Assembly: GCA_036406535.1 (NCBI GenBank)
Contig: DASXAW010000122.1
Span: 231 to 64,230 of the forward strand
DNA length: 64,000 bases
From: Gaiella sp.
GTDB taxonomy: Bacteria; Actinomycetota; Thermoleophilia; Gaiellales; Gaiellaceae
Reading direction: 5' to 3'
The position numbers were made by a program, and so were the translations under genes. Positions 45,838-60,286 of this stretch are shown here, one piece after another; within the stretch, counting starts at the first letter, position 1, and every line of letters begins with the position of its first letter. The notes below the pieces were generated by a model. That model worked only from the letters and a program-made list of their open reading frames with translations. It had not been told where the DNA came from and did not search any database.

Positions 45838-45856
45838 GGGGAACCATTCGGTTCCC
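45838..45856. repeat. REP-like hairpin GGGGAACC-ATTC-GGTTCCC
   Basis: Directly after the fabF stop; same arms as 23851-23870. Confidence 0.5.
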
Positions 45857-45860
45857 TTGG

Positions 45861-47129
<1,269 letters not shown>

Positions 47130-47139
47130 GCCGGCCACG

Positions 47140-47874
47140 CTACATCCCGAGCCCGCCGTCGACGAGGAGCACGGCGCCGGTCACGAACCGGGCCTCGTCG
47201 GCGCAGAGGAAGCGGACGGCGCCCGCCACGTCCTCGGGGTCGCCCAGCCGTCCGAGCGGGGTCGCCTCGAGCATCGCCCTGGTCGCGTCCTCGGGGATGG
47301 CGTCGGTCAGGCGCGACCGCACGTAGCCGGGGACGACGACGTTCGCGCGCACGTTGCGGCTCCCGAGCTCGCGAGCGAGCGACTTCGTGAAGCCGATGAT
47401 CCCGGCCTTCGACGCGGCGTAGTTCGTCTGCCCGAAGTTGCCGTGCACGCCGACGATCGAGGAGATGTTCACGATCGCCCCGCCGCGCCGCTTCATCATC
47501 GGCCGCGACGCCGCGCGGCACGTGTAGAAGACGGAAGAGAGGTTCGTCTCGATCACCGCGCGCCAGTCGTCGTCGCTCATGCGCGCGAGCACGCCGTCGC
47601 GGGTCACACCGGCGTTGTTGACGAGGATGTCGAGGTCGCCCGCCTCGTCGACGAGGGCCTTCGCGGACGCGGCGTCGGACACGTCCGCCTCGACGGCCCG
47701 GCCGCCGATCTCGGTCGCGACCGCCTGGGCCTCGTCACGGCCGGTGCGGTACGAGAGCACGACGTTCGCGCCCGCGCGGCCGAGCTCGAGCGCGATCGCC
47801 TTCCCGATCCCCCGCGACCCGCCGGTGACGAGCGCGACCTTCCCGTCGAGCGAGGCGAAGCTGCCCGCGCTCAT
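47140..47874 (-). CDS. fabG: 3-oxoacyl-ACP reductase
   Basis: TGGSRGIG, NNAGVTRD, NYAASKAG; fab context. Confidence 0.94.
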   Translation of the reverse strand: MSAGSFASLDGKVALVTGGSRGIGKAIALELGRAGANVVLSYRTGRDEAQAVATEIGGRAVEADVSDAASAKALVDEAGDLDILVNNAGVTRDGVLARMSDDDWRAVIETNLSSVFYTCRAASRPMMKRRGGAIVNISSIVGVHGNFGQTNYAASKAGIIGFTKSLARELGSRNVRANVVVPGYVRSRLTDAIPEDATRAMLEATPLGRLGDPEDVAGAVRFLCADEARFVTGAVLLVDGGLGM

Positions 47875-48794
47875 CGGGACGCGAGCGCTTCCTTCGCCTT
47901 CTCGAGGCTTGCCAGGTCGTTGACGGAGATCGTCCGCACGCCGCGGTCGATGCGCTTGACGAGGCCGGAGAGCACGTTGCCGGGCCCGATCTCGACGAAG
48001 GTCGTCACGCCGTCGCGCACGAGCTCGTGCGCCGCCTGCGTGAACCGCACGGGGGCGGTCAGCTGGTCGACCAGGAGCGACCCGAGACGCTGCGCGGGCT
48101 CGATCTTCGCGGTGACCGTCGACATGAACGGCGCAACGGGGTCGGCGAAGCGGACCTTGTCGATCGCCGGCTTGAGCCGATCGGCGGCGCGTGCGACGAG
48201 GGGGCTGTGAAACGCGCCGGAGACCTTGAGCCTGATCGCTCGTCGTGCGCCGAGGCTCTCGGCCTCGGCACAGCACTCCTCGACCGCCTCGTTCTCCCCC
48301 GAGACGACGATCTGCCCCGGGCAGTTGTAGTTCGCCGGCCAGACCCCGAGGATCTTCCGGCAGAGCGTCTCGACGTAGTGGTCCTCGAGCCCGAGGATCG
48401 CCGCCATCGCGCCCGGGCGCTGCTTCGCCGCCTCCGCCATCGCAAGCCCGCGCTCGCGAACGAGCCCGATCGCCTCGCCGGTGCCCATCGCGCCGACGGA
48501 GGCGAGCGCCGCAAACTCGCCGACCGAGTGGCCCACGACGACGTCCGGCGCGAGCCCTTCCTTGCGGACGGCGGCGAGGATCGCGAGGCTCGTCGCGACG
48601 AGGGTCGGCTGCTGCACCTCCGTCTCGACGAGCTCCTCGAGAGGCGACTCGAAGCAGAGGTGCGCGAGGTCCATGCCCGTCACCTCGGAGCCGACGCGGT
48701 ACACGTCCATCGCCTCGGGCACCGCCTCGGCGATCTCCCGTCCCATCCCGGCCTCGAGCGAGCCCTGTCCGGGGAAGCAGAACGCAACCTTCAT
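47871..48794 (-). CDS. fabD: Malonyl-CoA:ACP transacylase
   Basis: FPGQGS, GHSVGE, SGAFHS, EIGPG. Confidence 0.95.
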   Translation of the reverse strand: MKVAFCFPGQGSLEAGMGREIAEAVPEAMDVYRVGSEVTGMDLAHLCFESPLEELVETEVQQPTLVATSLAILAAVRKEGLAPDVVVGHSVGEFAALASVGAMGTGEAIGLVRERGLAMAEAAKQRPGAMAAILGLEDHYVETLCRKILGVWPANYNCPGQIVVSGENEAVEECCAEAESLGARRAIRLKVSGAFHSPLVARAADRLKPAIDKVRFADPVAPFMSTVTAKIEPAQRLGSLLVDQLTAPVRFTQAAHELVRDGVTTFVEIGPGNVLSGLVKRIDRGVRTISVNDLASLEKAKEALASR

Positions 48795-48861
48795 GGCCGT
48801 CCTCCTTGGCTGCACCGCGCCGTCGTCATCGCCGTACCGTTCTCCATGCCGTCCCTACGTC

Positions 48862-49863
48862 CTATGCCGCCTTGCCGTTCGCGGCGCTCCACTCGAGGAG
48901 CGCCGAGCCCCACGTGAGGCCGGCGCCCATCCCGGTCATCAGGACGAGCGAGCCGTCGCGCAGTCGGCCGTCCGCGCGTGCGTCAGCCAGCGCCAGCGGG
49001 ATCGAGCCCGACGACGTGTTGCCGTACCTGTCCACGTTCACGACCGTTCGCTCATGGGGGACGCCGAGCTTACCGACAGCGTGATCGATAATCCGCTTGT
49101 TTGCCTGGTGCGGCACGTAGACGTCGACCTCGTCGATCGACTTGCCACACTCGTTCAGCACCGCGGTCGCCGACGAGACCATGACCCGCGTCGCGAACTT
49201 GTAGACCTCGCGCCCGTTCATCTTCAACAGGGCCTCCGGGTGGTCGAACACCCGGGAGCCGCTGCCGGGGAGCTGCAGGTGCACCCCCCCGCCGCCGTCG
49301 GCGCCGAGCTCGAAGCCGAGGAAGCCCCCTTTGGCGACCGGTTCCATCACGACGGCGCCCGCGCCGTCGCCGAAGAGCACGAGCGTGGAGCGGTCGTGCC
49401 AGTCGAGGATGCTCGAGAGCACGTCGCCCCCGACCACGAGCGCGCGGCGGGAGAGGCCCGAGGCGAGCATCCCGTAGGCCTGCGCGAGCGCGTACATGAA
49501 ACCCGTGCAGCCCGCGAGGAGGTCGTACGCCGCAGCTGCGGGGGCATCGAGCGCGTCGGCCATCAGCGCCGACGACGTCGGGAACATCATGTCCGGGGTC
49601 ACGGTCGCGCAGATCAGGAGGTCGATCTCCGACGCGCCGACGCCCGCGTCGGCGAGCGCGTCCCGTGCGGCAGGGAGCGCGATGTCCGTGAGCGCCTCGC
49701 CGTCGCTCGCCATCCGCCGCTCGCGGATGCCGGTCCGCTCCTGGATCCACTCGTCGGTCGTGTCGACGTACTGCGCCAGGTCGTCGTTCGTGACGACGCG
49801 GTCGGGCACGTGCACCCCGAGCCCCGTGATGCCGATCCGCGCCCCGTTGGCGGAACCGATCAT
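48862..49863 (-). CDS. fabH: Beta-ketoacyl-ACP synthase III
   Basis: RTGIRER, AGCTGF, FGDGAGA, PHQAN, GNTSSGS. Confidence 0.95.
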   Translation of the reverse strand: MIGSANGARIGITGLGVHVPDRVVTNDDLAQYVDTTDEWIQERTGIRERRMASDGEALTDIALPAARDALADAGVGASEIDLLICATVTPDMMFPTSSALMADALDAPAAAAYDLLAGCTGFMYALAQAYGMLASGLSRRALVVGGDVLSSILDWHDRSTLVLFGDGAGAVVMEPVAKGGFLGFELGADGGGGVHLQLPGSGSRVFDHPEALLKMNGREVYKFATRVMVSSATAVLNECGKSIDEVDVYVPHQANKRIIDHAVGKLGVPHERTVVNVDRYGNTSSGSIPLALADARADGRLRDGSLVLMTGMGAGLTWGSALLEWSAANGKAA

Positions 49864-49866
49864 CGG

Positions 49867-50307
49867 CTACCGCTCCACTGCAAAGGTGAGTGTCCCGCGC
49901 GCGGCGAGCTCGGTCCCCACGTGGGCGGTCGCCTTTCCGCGTCCGATCGGGCCTCGAACCTGATCGATCTCGCACGTCAGCGTCAGCGTGTCGCCGGGCG
50001 AGACGATCCGCTTGAAGCGGCAGTCGTCGATCCCGGCGAAGAACGCGATGCGGCCGCGGTTCTCCTCCTCCGCGAGCACCGCGACCGCGCCGGTCTGCGC
50101 CATCGCCTCGACGATCAGCACTCCGGGCATCACCGGGCGCTCGGGAAAGTGGCCGGCGAACCACCAGCCGTCCTCGGGGACGCGGTACGACGCCGCGACG
50201 CGTGTGCCGGGCTCGAGCTCGGTTACCTCGTCGAGCAGCAGGAACGGGTCACGATGCGGGAGGATCGACGCAATCGCATCCCGCCCGAAGGGCGGGGTCG
50301 GGGGCAC
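49867..50307 (-). CDS. fabZ: 3-hydroxyacyl-ACP dehydratase
   Basis: LPHRDPFLLLD, FAGHFP, PVMPGVLIVEAMAQ. Confidence 0.95.
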   Translation of the reverse strand: MPPTPPFGRDAIASILPHRDPFLLLDEVTELEPGTRVAASYRVPEDGWWFAGHFPERPVMPGVLIVEAMAQTGAVAVLAEEENRGRIAFFAGIDDCRFKRIVSPGDTLTLTCEIDQVRGPIGRGKATAHVGTELAARGTLTFAVER

Positions 50308-50336
50308 GGGGGCGAGTGTACTCGGGCGGGTGGCCC

Positions 50337-52433
50337 TCAGCGGCGGCGCAGGACGGCACGGTTGCCGGCGGCGTCGCGCGCCACCACCACGAGCGTTCTG
50401 AGCGTCGCGACACCTCGAAGCCGAACGTCGCCCGCCGCGGCCAGCGAGATGCGGCGGAGCGCACCGTTCACGCGTACGGCGAGCGCCGCGGGTTCGGAGA
50501 CGCGCAGGACCGCGGGTGATGCGGAGACCACGCGGACGGACGGCGCCGTGCGATCGAGCACCACGGGAAGCTCGGCGCGAGCGGTGCCGAACGGGTCGAC
50601 CGTCTCGACCGAGACGACGTAGTCCCCGTCGCGGGCACGGCCGATGCGCTTCGTCCCGTCCCAGCGGGCGACCTGAGTCCCCGCGTCGAACGAGCCCGTG
50701 AGCGGGGTCGCGATCCACTTGCCCTCGCGGAGGATGCGCACGGTGAGAGTGGCCGGCGCCGCGAGCGGGATCGTGATCGTCAACGTGTCTCGGCTGCCGT
50801 CGCGGTTCGGCGTGAAGGAGCTCGCGTCGAGCGTGACCCGCCCGAGCGTCCTCGTGACGACGAGCGGGACGTCGGTCGTGGCGGTCGTGCCGCCCGTCGC
50901 CTTCGCCGTCAGCCGAAGGGTGTACGCGCCGTCCGCGAGCCCCGCGCCGCCGACCGTGACCGTCCGTTCGCCCGCGCGCCGCCAGCGCAGCGGCGCCGCC
51001 TGCGCGACGATCGCGCCCGACGTGTCCAGGACGTCGGCGCCGACGTTCGCGTCGGCGCTCAGCGTGAAGCCGACCTCGGCCGTGTCGCCCTGGCCGTCGC
51101 CGTTCGGCGAGAGCGTGAGCGGCCCCGCAGTCGCGGAGGCGATCTGGAGCGCAGTCGTGGACTGCGCGGCGAGCGTCCCCACGGCAGGCGTCGCGCCGGG
51201 TGCCTCGATCCGCCAGGCCACCCCGGGCGGGATCGGCCCCGGCCGCCGCCACGTCCAGTCGACGTCGGCCCCGGTGCCGCCGCCCGTGCCGAGCGTCGCG
51301 CCCGCCGCGTCCGTCACGATCACGCGCCACGCGAGCGACGACGACAGGCGTGCCGTGAAGCGGATCCCGCCGCCCTCGTCGGGAGCGGCGAGCGGCGCGT
51401 AGAGCTTCGGCAGCCCGAGCGCCGCCACGCGCTTCGCGATCGAGGGAAGCATGGCGTAGAGCCGCTGGCCCGGGCACTCCGTCAGGCCGGTGTCGCGGTG
51501 ACCCGAGATCGCACGGAGGAGCACGGGGATCCCCTCGTTGAAGCGCTCGTTGCCGGACGAGATCGCGTTCACGGTCGAGAGCGGGTCGACGTGGGCGAGG
51601 TCGAGGCGCCAGGCGAGCGTCCGCACGAGCGCGTCGACGGCGGCCTGGGGCGGATCGACCGCCTGGTAGTTGCCCATCACCGCGATCCCGAACGACCCGG
51701 TGTTGAACCCCTTCGCGTGCGCGCCGACGACGTTGCGGTCGATCCCGCCGTACCTGCCCTCGTAGACGGTGCCGAAGCGGTCGACGAGCGCGTTGTAGCC
51801 GATGTCGTTCCAGCCGTTCCCCTTCACGTGGTACACCTCGATGCCCCGCACGACCGCCGGCGCCTGAAGCTTCGTGTAGTCGTTCGTGCCGGCCGTATGG
51901 TGGACGAAGGCCATCCGAAGGTCGTCGGCGTAGATCGGCGCCGCGCGTCGGATCGACTCGTCCGCCTGCCAGCCGCTGCGGGGCACGATCGCCGGCGAGC
52001 CGGCGGACGCCGTGACACGGAGCGGCACCTTCGAGACGGGGCTGCGGACCGTCAGCGCCCGCGCACGTGTCACCCGCCCGTGGACGCGCACCTCGACGCG
52101 GCCCGCCTTCCCGACCCAGACCGGGGCGCCGAGCCGCCATCCGCGCGTCGCGAGAGCCTCCGCGCCGCCCTCGTCCGGAGCGTCGCAGGCGTCCTCGACG
52201 ACCGGCTGCCAGGCCGACCAACGGCCGCCGGCTCCCTGTGTGCGGAAGTCGAGCGTCCCGGCACCGCGCCAGTGGATGCCGACGAGCTGGAAGGACGCCA
52301 TGTGGCCGCTTGCGCTGAGCGTGCGCTCGCCGTGGAGCGGAAGGTCGTGCACCTGGAGGGAGGCGAGACCCGCCGCGGCGTGCGCGGGCCACGCGAGCGC
52401 AAGAAGGAGAGGAAGGGCGAATCGCCGGAGCAT
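50337..52433 (-). CDS. Secreted N-acetylmuramoyl-L-alanine amidase (Amidase_2/PGRP) with C-terminal FlgD-Ig-like repeats
   Basis: VHHTAG, GWNDIGYN, GAHAKGFN, GHRD...TECPG; C-terminal SPNGDG/TPNRDG...WDG...DGDY. Confidence 0.88.
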   Translation of the reverse strand: MLRRFALPLLLALAWPAHAAAGLASLQVHDLPLHGERTLSASGHMASFQLVGIHWRGAGTLDFRTQGAGGRWSAWQPVVEDACDAPDEGGAEALATRGWRLGAPVWVGKAGRVEVRVHGRVTRARALTVRSPVSKVPLRVTASAGSPAIVPRSGWQADESIRRAAPIYADDLRMAFVHHTAGTNDYTKLQAPAVVRGIEVYHVKGNGWNDIGYNALVDRFGTVYEGRYGGIDRNVVGAHAKGFNTGSFGIAVMGNYQAVDPPQAAVDALVRTLAWRLDLAHVDPLSTVNAISSGNERFNEGIPVLLRAISGHRDTGLTECPGQRLYAMLPSIAKRVAALGLPKLYAPLAAPDEGGGIRFTARLSSSLAWRVIVTDAAGATLGTGGGTGADVDWTWRRPGPIPPGVAWRIEAPGATPAVGTLAAQSTTALQIASATAGPLTLSPNGDGQGDTAEVGFTLSADANVGADVLDTSGAIVAQAAPLRWRRAGERTVTVGGAGLADGAYTLRLTAKATGGTTATTDVPLVVTRTLGRVTLDASSFTPNRDGSRDTLTITIPLAAPATLTVRILREGKWIATPLTGSFDAGTQVARWDGTKRIGRARDGDYVVSVETVDPFGTARAELPVVLDRTAPSVRVVSASPAVLRVSEPAALAVRVNGALRRISLAAAGDVRLRGVATLRTLVVVARDAAGNRAVLRRR

Positions 52434-52557
52434 GCAGGGGAAACCAGGGTGACGCAGCGCGCCTTCTCCGGCAACCCCCGCGCCCCTTCCCTCACGGAAT
52501 GCTTACCCCGTGGCGGACGGCGGTACGGGACCACGACGCTGGTACATTCGAACTGTC

Positions 52558-53871
52558 GTGAACGCGGGCCTCGCGCGAGCGCTCGGCACCTTCCTCGCAG
52601 GGGTCGCAGCCGCACTCGTGCTCGGCGGGGCCGCCACGGGAGCTTCCGCGGGGCCGAAGGTGCTCGTCGTCGAGTTCGAGAACGACGTCAACCCGGTCAC
52701 GCAGGACTACCTCGTCGACGAGATGCGCCGCGGCGCGAAGGAGGGCTACGCCGCGGTCGTGATCGAGATGGACACGCCCGGCGGGCTCGGGTCGTCGATG
52801 CGCGCGATCGTCAAGGAGATGCTCGCGGTGAAGGTGCCTGTCGTCGTCTACGTCGCGCCGGCCGGCTCAAGCGCCGACTCCGCCGGCGCCGTGATCGGGC
52901 AGGCCGCCGACATCCTCGCGATGGCGCCGCAGACGAACATCGGCTCGTCGACCCCGATCACGGCGACCGGCGACAACTTCGGGTCGGACCTGCGGAAGAA
53001 GGTGATCAACGACGCGGCGGCGTACATCGGCGAGCTCGCCCGTGAGCACGGCCGGAACGAGGCGAAGTCCGAGGCGATGGTGCGCGACGCCGCGAACTAC
53101 GGGGCGCGTGAGGCCCTCGACCTCGGGATCGTCGACCTCATGGCGCCGAGCGTCCCGGCGCTCCTCGAGAAGATCGACGGGCGGACGACGGTGCCGAAAG
53201 GGCTCGTGCTGCACACCGCCGACGCGCAGGTGGAGCGCGTCGAGATGCCGTTCTGGAAGCGCGCGCTCGACCTCCTCATCGACCCGAACGTGATCGCGCT
53301 GATGCTCTCGATCGGCCTGCTCGGGATCGTCGTGGAGCTCTGGAACCCAGGCTTGATCCTCCCGGGCACGGTCGGAGCGATCTCGCTGATCGTCGGCCTG
53401 TACGGGCTGCAGGTCCTGCCGGTCTCGGTCGCCGGCGTCCTGATGCTGCTTCTCTCCGCGGCGTTCTTCGTCGCGGAGGCGTTCGTCCCGAGCCACGGCG
53501 CGCTCACGGTCGCGGGCGGCATCACGTTCGTGCTCGGCGCGCTCCTCCTCTTCGACCCCGCGGGGGACGCGTACCAGGTCTCGATCTGGACCGCGCTCGG
53601 GATCGCCGGGGCGCTTGCGCTGCTGATGGGGGTCGCGCTGTCGCGCGTGGCGAAGGCGCGGCGCAACCCGGTCGAGGTCGGCGTCAACCAGCTCGTCGGA
53701 GACGAGGCGGTCGTCCGGCGCGAAGGCTGGGTCGCCGTCGGCGGCGAGCTGTGGCGCGCCCGGACGCCCGACGGCCGCCCGCTCGTGCCGGGCGAGCACG
53801 TCACCGTCGAGTCCGTCGAGGAGGGACTCGAGCTCGTCGTAGGATCCCCGCACCCGACCGAAAGGGCCTGA
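52558..53871 (+). CDS. nfeD: NfeD family membrane-bound serine protease
   Basis: DTPGGL, SAG, AMAP.TNIG, TM region and OB fold (GELWRA). Confidence 0.9.
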   Translation: MNAGLARALGTFLAGVAAALVLGGAATGASAGPKVLVVEFENDVNPVTQDYLVDEMRRGAKEGYAAVVIEMDTPGGLGSSMRAIVKEMLAVKVPVVVYVAPAGSSADSAGAVIGQAADILAMAPQTNIGSSTPITATGDNFGSDLRKKVINDAAAYIGELAREHGRNEAKSEAMVRDAANYGAREALDLGIVDLMAPSVPALLEKIDGRTTVPKGLVLHTADAQVERVEMPFWKRALDLLIDPNVIALMLSIGLLGIVVELWNPGLILPGTVGAISLIVGLYGLQVLPVSVAGVLMLLLSAAFFVAEAFVPSHGALTVAGGITFVLGALLLFDPAGDAYQVSIWTALGIAGALALLMGVALSRVAKARRNPVEVGVNQLVGDEAVVRREGWVAVGGELWRARTPDGRPLVPGEHVTVESVEEGLELVVGSPHPTERA

Positions 53872-54638
53872 TGACAGCTGCGCTGATCGTCCTCATCGCG
53901 ATCCTGGTCGTCCTCCTGGTCATCCTGTTCGCCACCGTCAAGGTCGCGCGCGAGTACGAGCGCGGCGTGATCTTCCGGCTGGGACGGCTCCTGCCGAACC
54001 CGAAGGGCCCGGGCTTGTTCCTCCTGATTCCGATCGTCGACCGGATGGAGAAGGTCGACCTGCGGACGGTGACGCTGAACGTCCCGCCGCAGGAGGTGAT
54101 CACGAAGGACAACGTGCCCGTGCGGGTCAACGCGGTCGCGTACTTCCGGATCGTCGAGCCGAAGGCCGCAATCGTGCAGGTCGAGAACTACATGGTCGCG
54201 ACCTCGCAGATCGCGCAGACGACGCTCCGCTCGGTGCTCGGCCAGCACGTGCTCGACGAGCTGCTCTCGGAGCGGGACAAGATCAACCAGATCCTCCAGG
54301 GGATCATCGACGAGGCGACCTCGCCCTGGGGGATCAAGGTCTCCGTCGTCGAGGTGAAGGACGTCGAGATCCCCGGCGACATGCAACGGGCGATGGCGCG
54401 GCAGGCGGAGGCGGAGCGCGAGCGCCGCGCGAAGGTGATCTCGGCCGAGGGCGAGTACCAGGCCTCGGAGCGGTTGAAGGACGCGGCGGCGGTGATGGCC
54501 AGCCAGCCGATCACGGTGCAGCTCCGCTACCTCCAGACGCTGCTCGAGATCGGCGCGACGAACAACTCGACGATCGTCTTCCCGATCCCGATCGAGTTCC
54601 TCGAGACGCTCGGCCGGGGACCGAAGTCGGAGAGCTGA
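53871..54638 (+). CDS. SPFH/stomatin-like (slipin) protein
   Basis: [44 protein letters not shown]. Confidence 0.93.
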   Translation: MTAALIVLIAILVVLLVILFATVKVAREYERGVIFRLGRLLPNPKGPGLFLLIPIVDRMEKVDLRTVTLNVPPQEVITKDNVPVRVNAVAYFRIVEPKAAIVQVENYMVATSQIAQTTLRSVLGQHVLDELLSERDKINQILQGIIDEATSPWGIKVSVVEVKDVEIPGDMQRAMARQAEAERERRAKVISAEGEYQASERLKDAAAVMASQPITVQLRYLQTLLEIGATNNSTIVFPIPIEFLETLGRGPKSES

Positions 54639-54647
54639 GCCCGGGTC

Positions 54648-54848
54648 GTGCGCGTCGTCGGAGTCCTCGTCGTCGCGCTCGTGCTCGCGGGTCTCGCCGC
54701 CGCGGCGGTGCGCGGCGTCCGCCGGACCACCTGGCCACACGACGTGGAGGATGCGGGACGCAGCGTCACCCAGGCGATCGTCGAGGGCCTGATCGTCCTC
54801 GCCGTCGTGATCCTCGGCGTGGTGGTCGTGGTCGCGCTGACGGACTAG
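54648..54848 (+). CDS. Small two-TM membrane protein
   Basis: 66 aa with two hydrophobic helices, just downstream of the SPFH gene. Confidence 0.55.
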   Translation: MRVVGVLVVALVLAGLAAAAVRGVRRTTWPHDVEDAGRSVTQAIVEGLIVLAVVILGVVVVVALTD

Positions 54849-54851
54849 CCG

Positions 54852-57380
54852 CTACTCGACGTCCGGCTCGGCCGAGGTCTCCTCGGGCTCGGGCTCCGCG
54901 GCGGCCAGCTCGTCGTCGTCCTCCGAGCCGATCACCGGGGCGAGACTCGAGACCTGCTCGCCTTCGCGGAGGCGCATGACGATCACGCCCTGCGTCGCCC
55001 GGCCGAGGCGCTTGATCTCGTCGACCGCCATCCGGATCACTGTCCCGCCATCCGAGATCAGCATCACCTGGTAGCCCTCGCGGACGATGCGCGCGCCCGC
55101 CAGCTGGCCCTTCCCCTCGACGAGCTGCGCGGTCTTGACGCCCATGCCGCCGCGGCCCTTCGCCGGGTATTCGGAGACCCGGGTCCGCTTGCCGTAGCCG
55201 TTCTCCGTCACCACCAGCAGGTCGGTGTCGTCCTCGGCGATGTTCACCGAGATCACCTCGTCGCCGGCGCGGAGCTTCATCCCCGCAACGCCGGAAGTGT
55301 CGCGTCCCATCGCGCGGACGTCGGTCTCGTGGAACCGGATCGCCTGCCCTTTCCGCGAGACCAGCAGGATGTCGTTCGACCCCGTGGAGTGGCGGACGCC
55401 GACGAGCTCGTCGCCCTCGCGCATCTTGATCGCGATGATCCCGTCCGCCTTGAGAGGCGTGTTGTACGAGGCGAGTTCGGTCTTCTTCACGACCCCGTTC
55501 TTCGTCGCGAAGACGAGGTGCTTCGCCTCGGCGAAGTCCCGCGTCTGGATCACGGCGCGAACCTGCTCGTCCTGGCGGAAGGGCAAGAGGTTGACGAGGG
55601 CGCGACCCCGCGACTGGCGTGACCCGAGCGGCAGCTCGTGCACCTTCAGCCGGTAGACCTTCCCGACGTTCGTGAAGAAGAGGATGAAGTCGTGGGTCGA
55701 GGCGACGAACAGATGCTCGATGAAGTCCTCGTCCTTGAGCTCCATGCCCATCACGCCGATCCCGCCGCGTCGTTGCTCTCTGTACGCCGTCACCGGGAGC
55801 CGCTTGATGTAGCCCGACCGCGTGATCGCGATGACCATGTCCTCCTCCGCGATCAGGTCCTCGAGCTCGAGCTCGTCCTCGGCGGCGACGATCTCGGTGC
55901 GCCGGTCGTCGTTGCGGCCGTACAGCTGCTTGATCTCGATGAGCTCCTCCCGGACGACGCCGTCGATCCGGGCCGGATCACCGAGAATCGCGCGGAGCTC
56001 GCCGATCCGCTCCTGGAGATCGGCGTACTCGTCCTCGACCTCCTTGCGCGCGAGACCCGTCAACCGGGCGAGCCGCATGTCGAGGATCGCCTGCGCCTGG
56101 ATCTCGGACAGCGAGAACTGCTCCATCAGGCCCGTGCGCGCCTCGTCGGTGTCGTCCGCCGCGCGGATCAGGGCGATCACCGCGTCGAGATTGTCGAGCG
56201 CGATCAGGTAGCCCTGGAGGACGTGCGCGCGCTTCTCCGCATGGCGTAGCTCGTACTTCGAGCGCCGGACGACGACCTCGCGCTGGTAGTCGAGGTAATG
56301 CCGGACGAGCTCGAGCAGCGAGAGCGTCCTCGGCACGCCGTCGACGAGGGCGACCGCGTTGTAGCCGAACGTCGTCTGCAGCGGGGTGTGCTTGAACAGC
56401 TTGTTGAGCGCCACCTGCGGAACGGCGTCGCGCTTGAGCTCGACCTGGATGCGCATCCCGGTGCGGTCGGAGTGGTCGGCGAGGTCGCTCACCTCCGTCA
56501 GCACCTTGTCGTTGACGAGCTCGGCGATCTTTGCGATCACGCCGGTGTCGCCGCCCTTCTTGACGCCGTAGGGCAGCTCGGTGACGACGATCGCGGACTT
56601 GCCGCCCCGCAGCTCCTCGATATGGGCCCGCGCGCGCATCACGATCCGGCCACGGCCGGTGCGGTATGCGTCGCGGATTCCCGAGCGACCGACGATGTAC
56701 CCACCGGTCGGGAAGTCGGGCCCCTTCACGTGCTTCATCAGCGTCTCGACGTCCGTCTCCGGGTCGTCGATCATCCCGACGATCGCGTCCACGACCTCCG
56801 CGAGCCGGTGCGGCGGCATGTTCGTGGCCATCCCGACCGCGATCCCCGCCGAGCCGTTGACGAGCAGATTCGGGAACCGCGACGGAAGCGTGAGCGGCTC
56901 GCGCCGCGACTCGTCGTAGTTCGGGCCGAACTCGACCGTGTCGGCGTCGATGTCCCGCAGCATCTCGGCGGCGATGCGAGCGAGGCGCGCCTCGGTATAC
57001 CGCATCGCCGCGGGCGGATCGTCGTCGATCGAGCCGAAGTTGCCCTGCCCGTCGATGAGCGGGTAGCGCAGCGAGAAGGGCTGCGCCATCCGCACGAGCG
57101 TGTCGTAGATCGACGCGTCGCCGTGCGGGTGGTGGTTGCCCATCACGTCGCCGACGACCTTCGAGCTCTTCACGTACGGTCGGCCGGGACGGAACCCGCC
57201 ATCCCACATCGACCACAGGACACGGCGATGGACCGGCTTGAGCCCGTCGCGGACGTCGGGCAGCGCCCGCCCCACGATGACCGACATCGCGTAATCGAGG
57301 TAGCTCGAGCGCATCTCCTGCTCGAGCTCGCGGGACTCCACGCGCCCCGGTCCGAGCGCCCCTGTCTCTACCTCGGACAC
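54852..57380 (-). CDS. gyrA: DNA gyrase subunit A
   Basis: SYLDYAMSVIV, HPHGD, AAMRYTE, GyrA-box QRRGGIG, beta-pinwheel repeats. Confidence 0.98.
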   Translation of the reverse strand: MSEVETGALGPGRVESRELEQEMRSSYLDYAMSVIVGRALPDVRDGLKPVHRRVLWSMWDGGFRPGRPYVKSSKVVGDVMGNHHPHGDASIYDTLVRMAQPFSLRYPLIDGQGNFGSIDDDPPAAMRYTEARLARIAAEMLRDIDADTVEFGPNYDESRREPLTLPSRFPNLLVNGSAGIAVGMATNMPPHRLAEVVDAIVGMIDDPETDVETLMKHVKGPDFPTGGYIVGRSGIRDAYRTGRGRIVMRARAHIEELRGGKSAIVVTELPYGVKKGGDTGVIAKIAELVNDKVLTEVSDLADHSDRTGMRIQVELKRDAVPQVALNKLFKHTPLQTTFGYNAVALVDGVPRTLSLLELVRHYLDYQREVVVRRSKYELRHAEKRAHVLQGYLIALDNLDAVIALIRAADDTDEARTGLMEQFSLSEIQAQAILDMRLARLTGLARKEVEDEYADLQERIGELRAILGDPARIDGVVREELIEIKQLYGRNDDRRTEIVAAEDELELEDLIAEEDMVIAITRSGYIKRLPVTAYREQRRGGIGVMGMELKDEDFIEHLFVASTHDFILFFTNVGKVYRLKVHELPLGSRQSRGRALVNLLPFRQDEQVRAVIQTRDFAEAKHLVFATKNGVVKKTELASYNTPLKADGIIAIKMREGDELVGVRHSTGSNDILLVSRKGQAIRFHETDVRAMGRDTSGVAGMKLRAGDEVISVNIAEDDTDLLVVTENGYGKRTRVSEYPAKGRGGMGVKTAQLVEGKGQLAGARIVREGYQVMLISDGGTVIRMAVDEIKRLGRATQGVIVMRLREGEQVSSLAPVIGSEDDDELAAAEPEPEETSAEPDVE

Positions 57381-57381
57381 G

Positions 57382-60285
<2,904 letters not shown>

Positions 60286-60286
<1 letters not shown>

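Noticed and set aside
52434-52557. Possible riboswitch (e.g. c-di-AMP) upstream of the amidase
   Set aside because: No recognisable conserved aptamer motifs; treated as a divergent promoter region.
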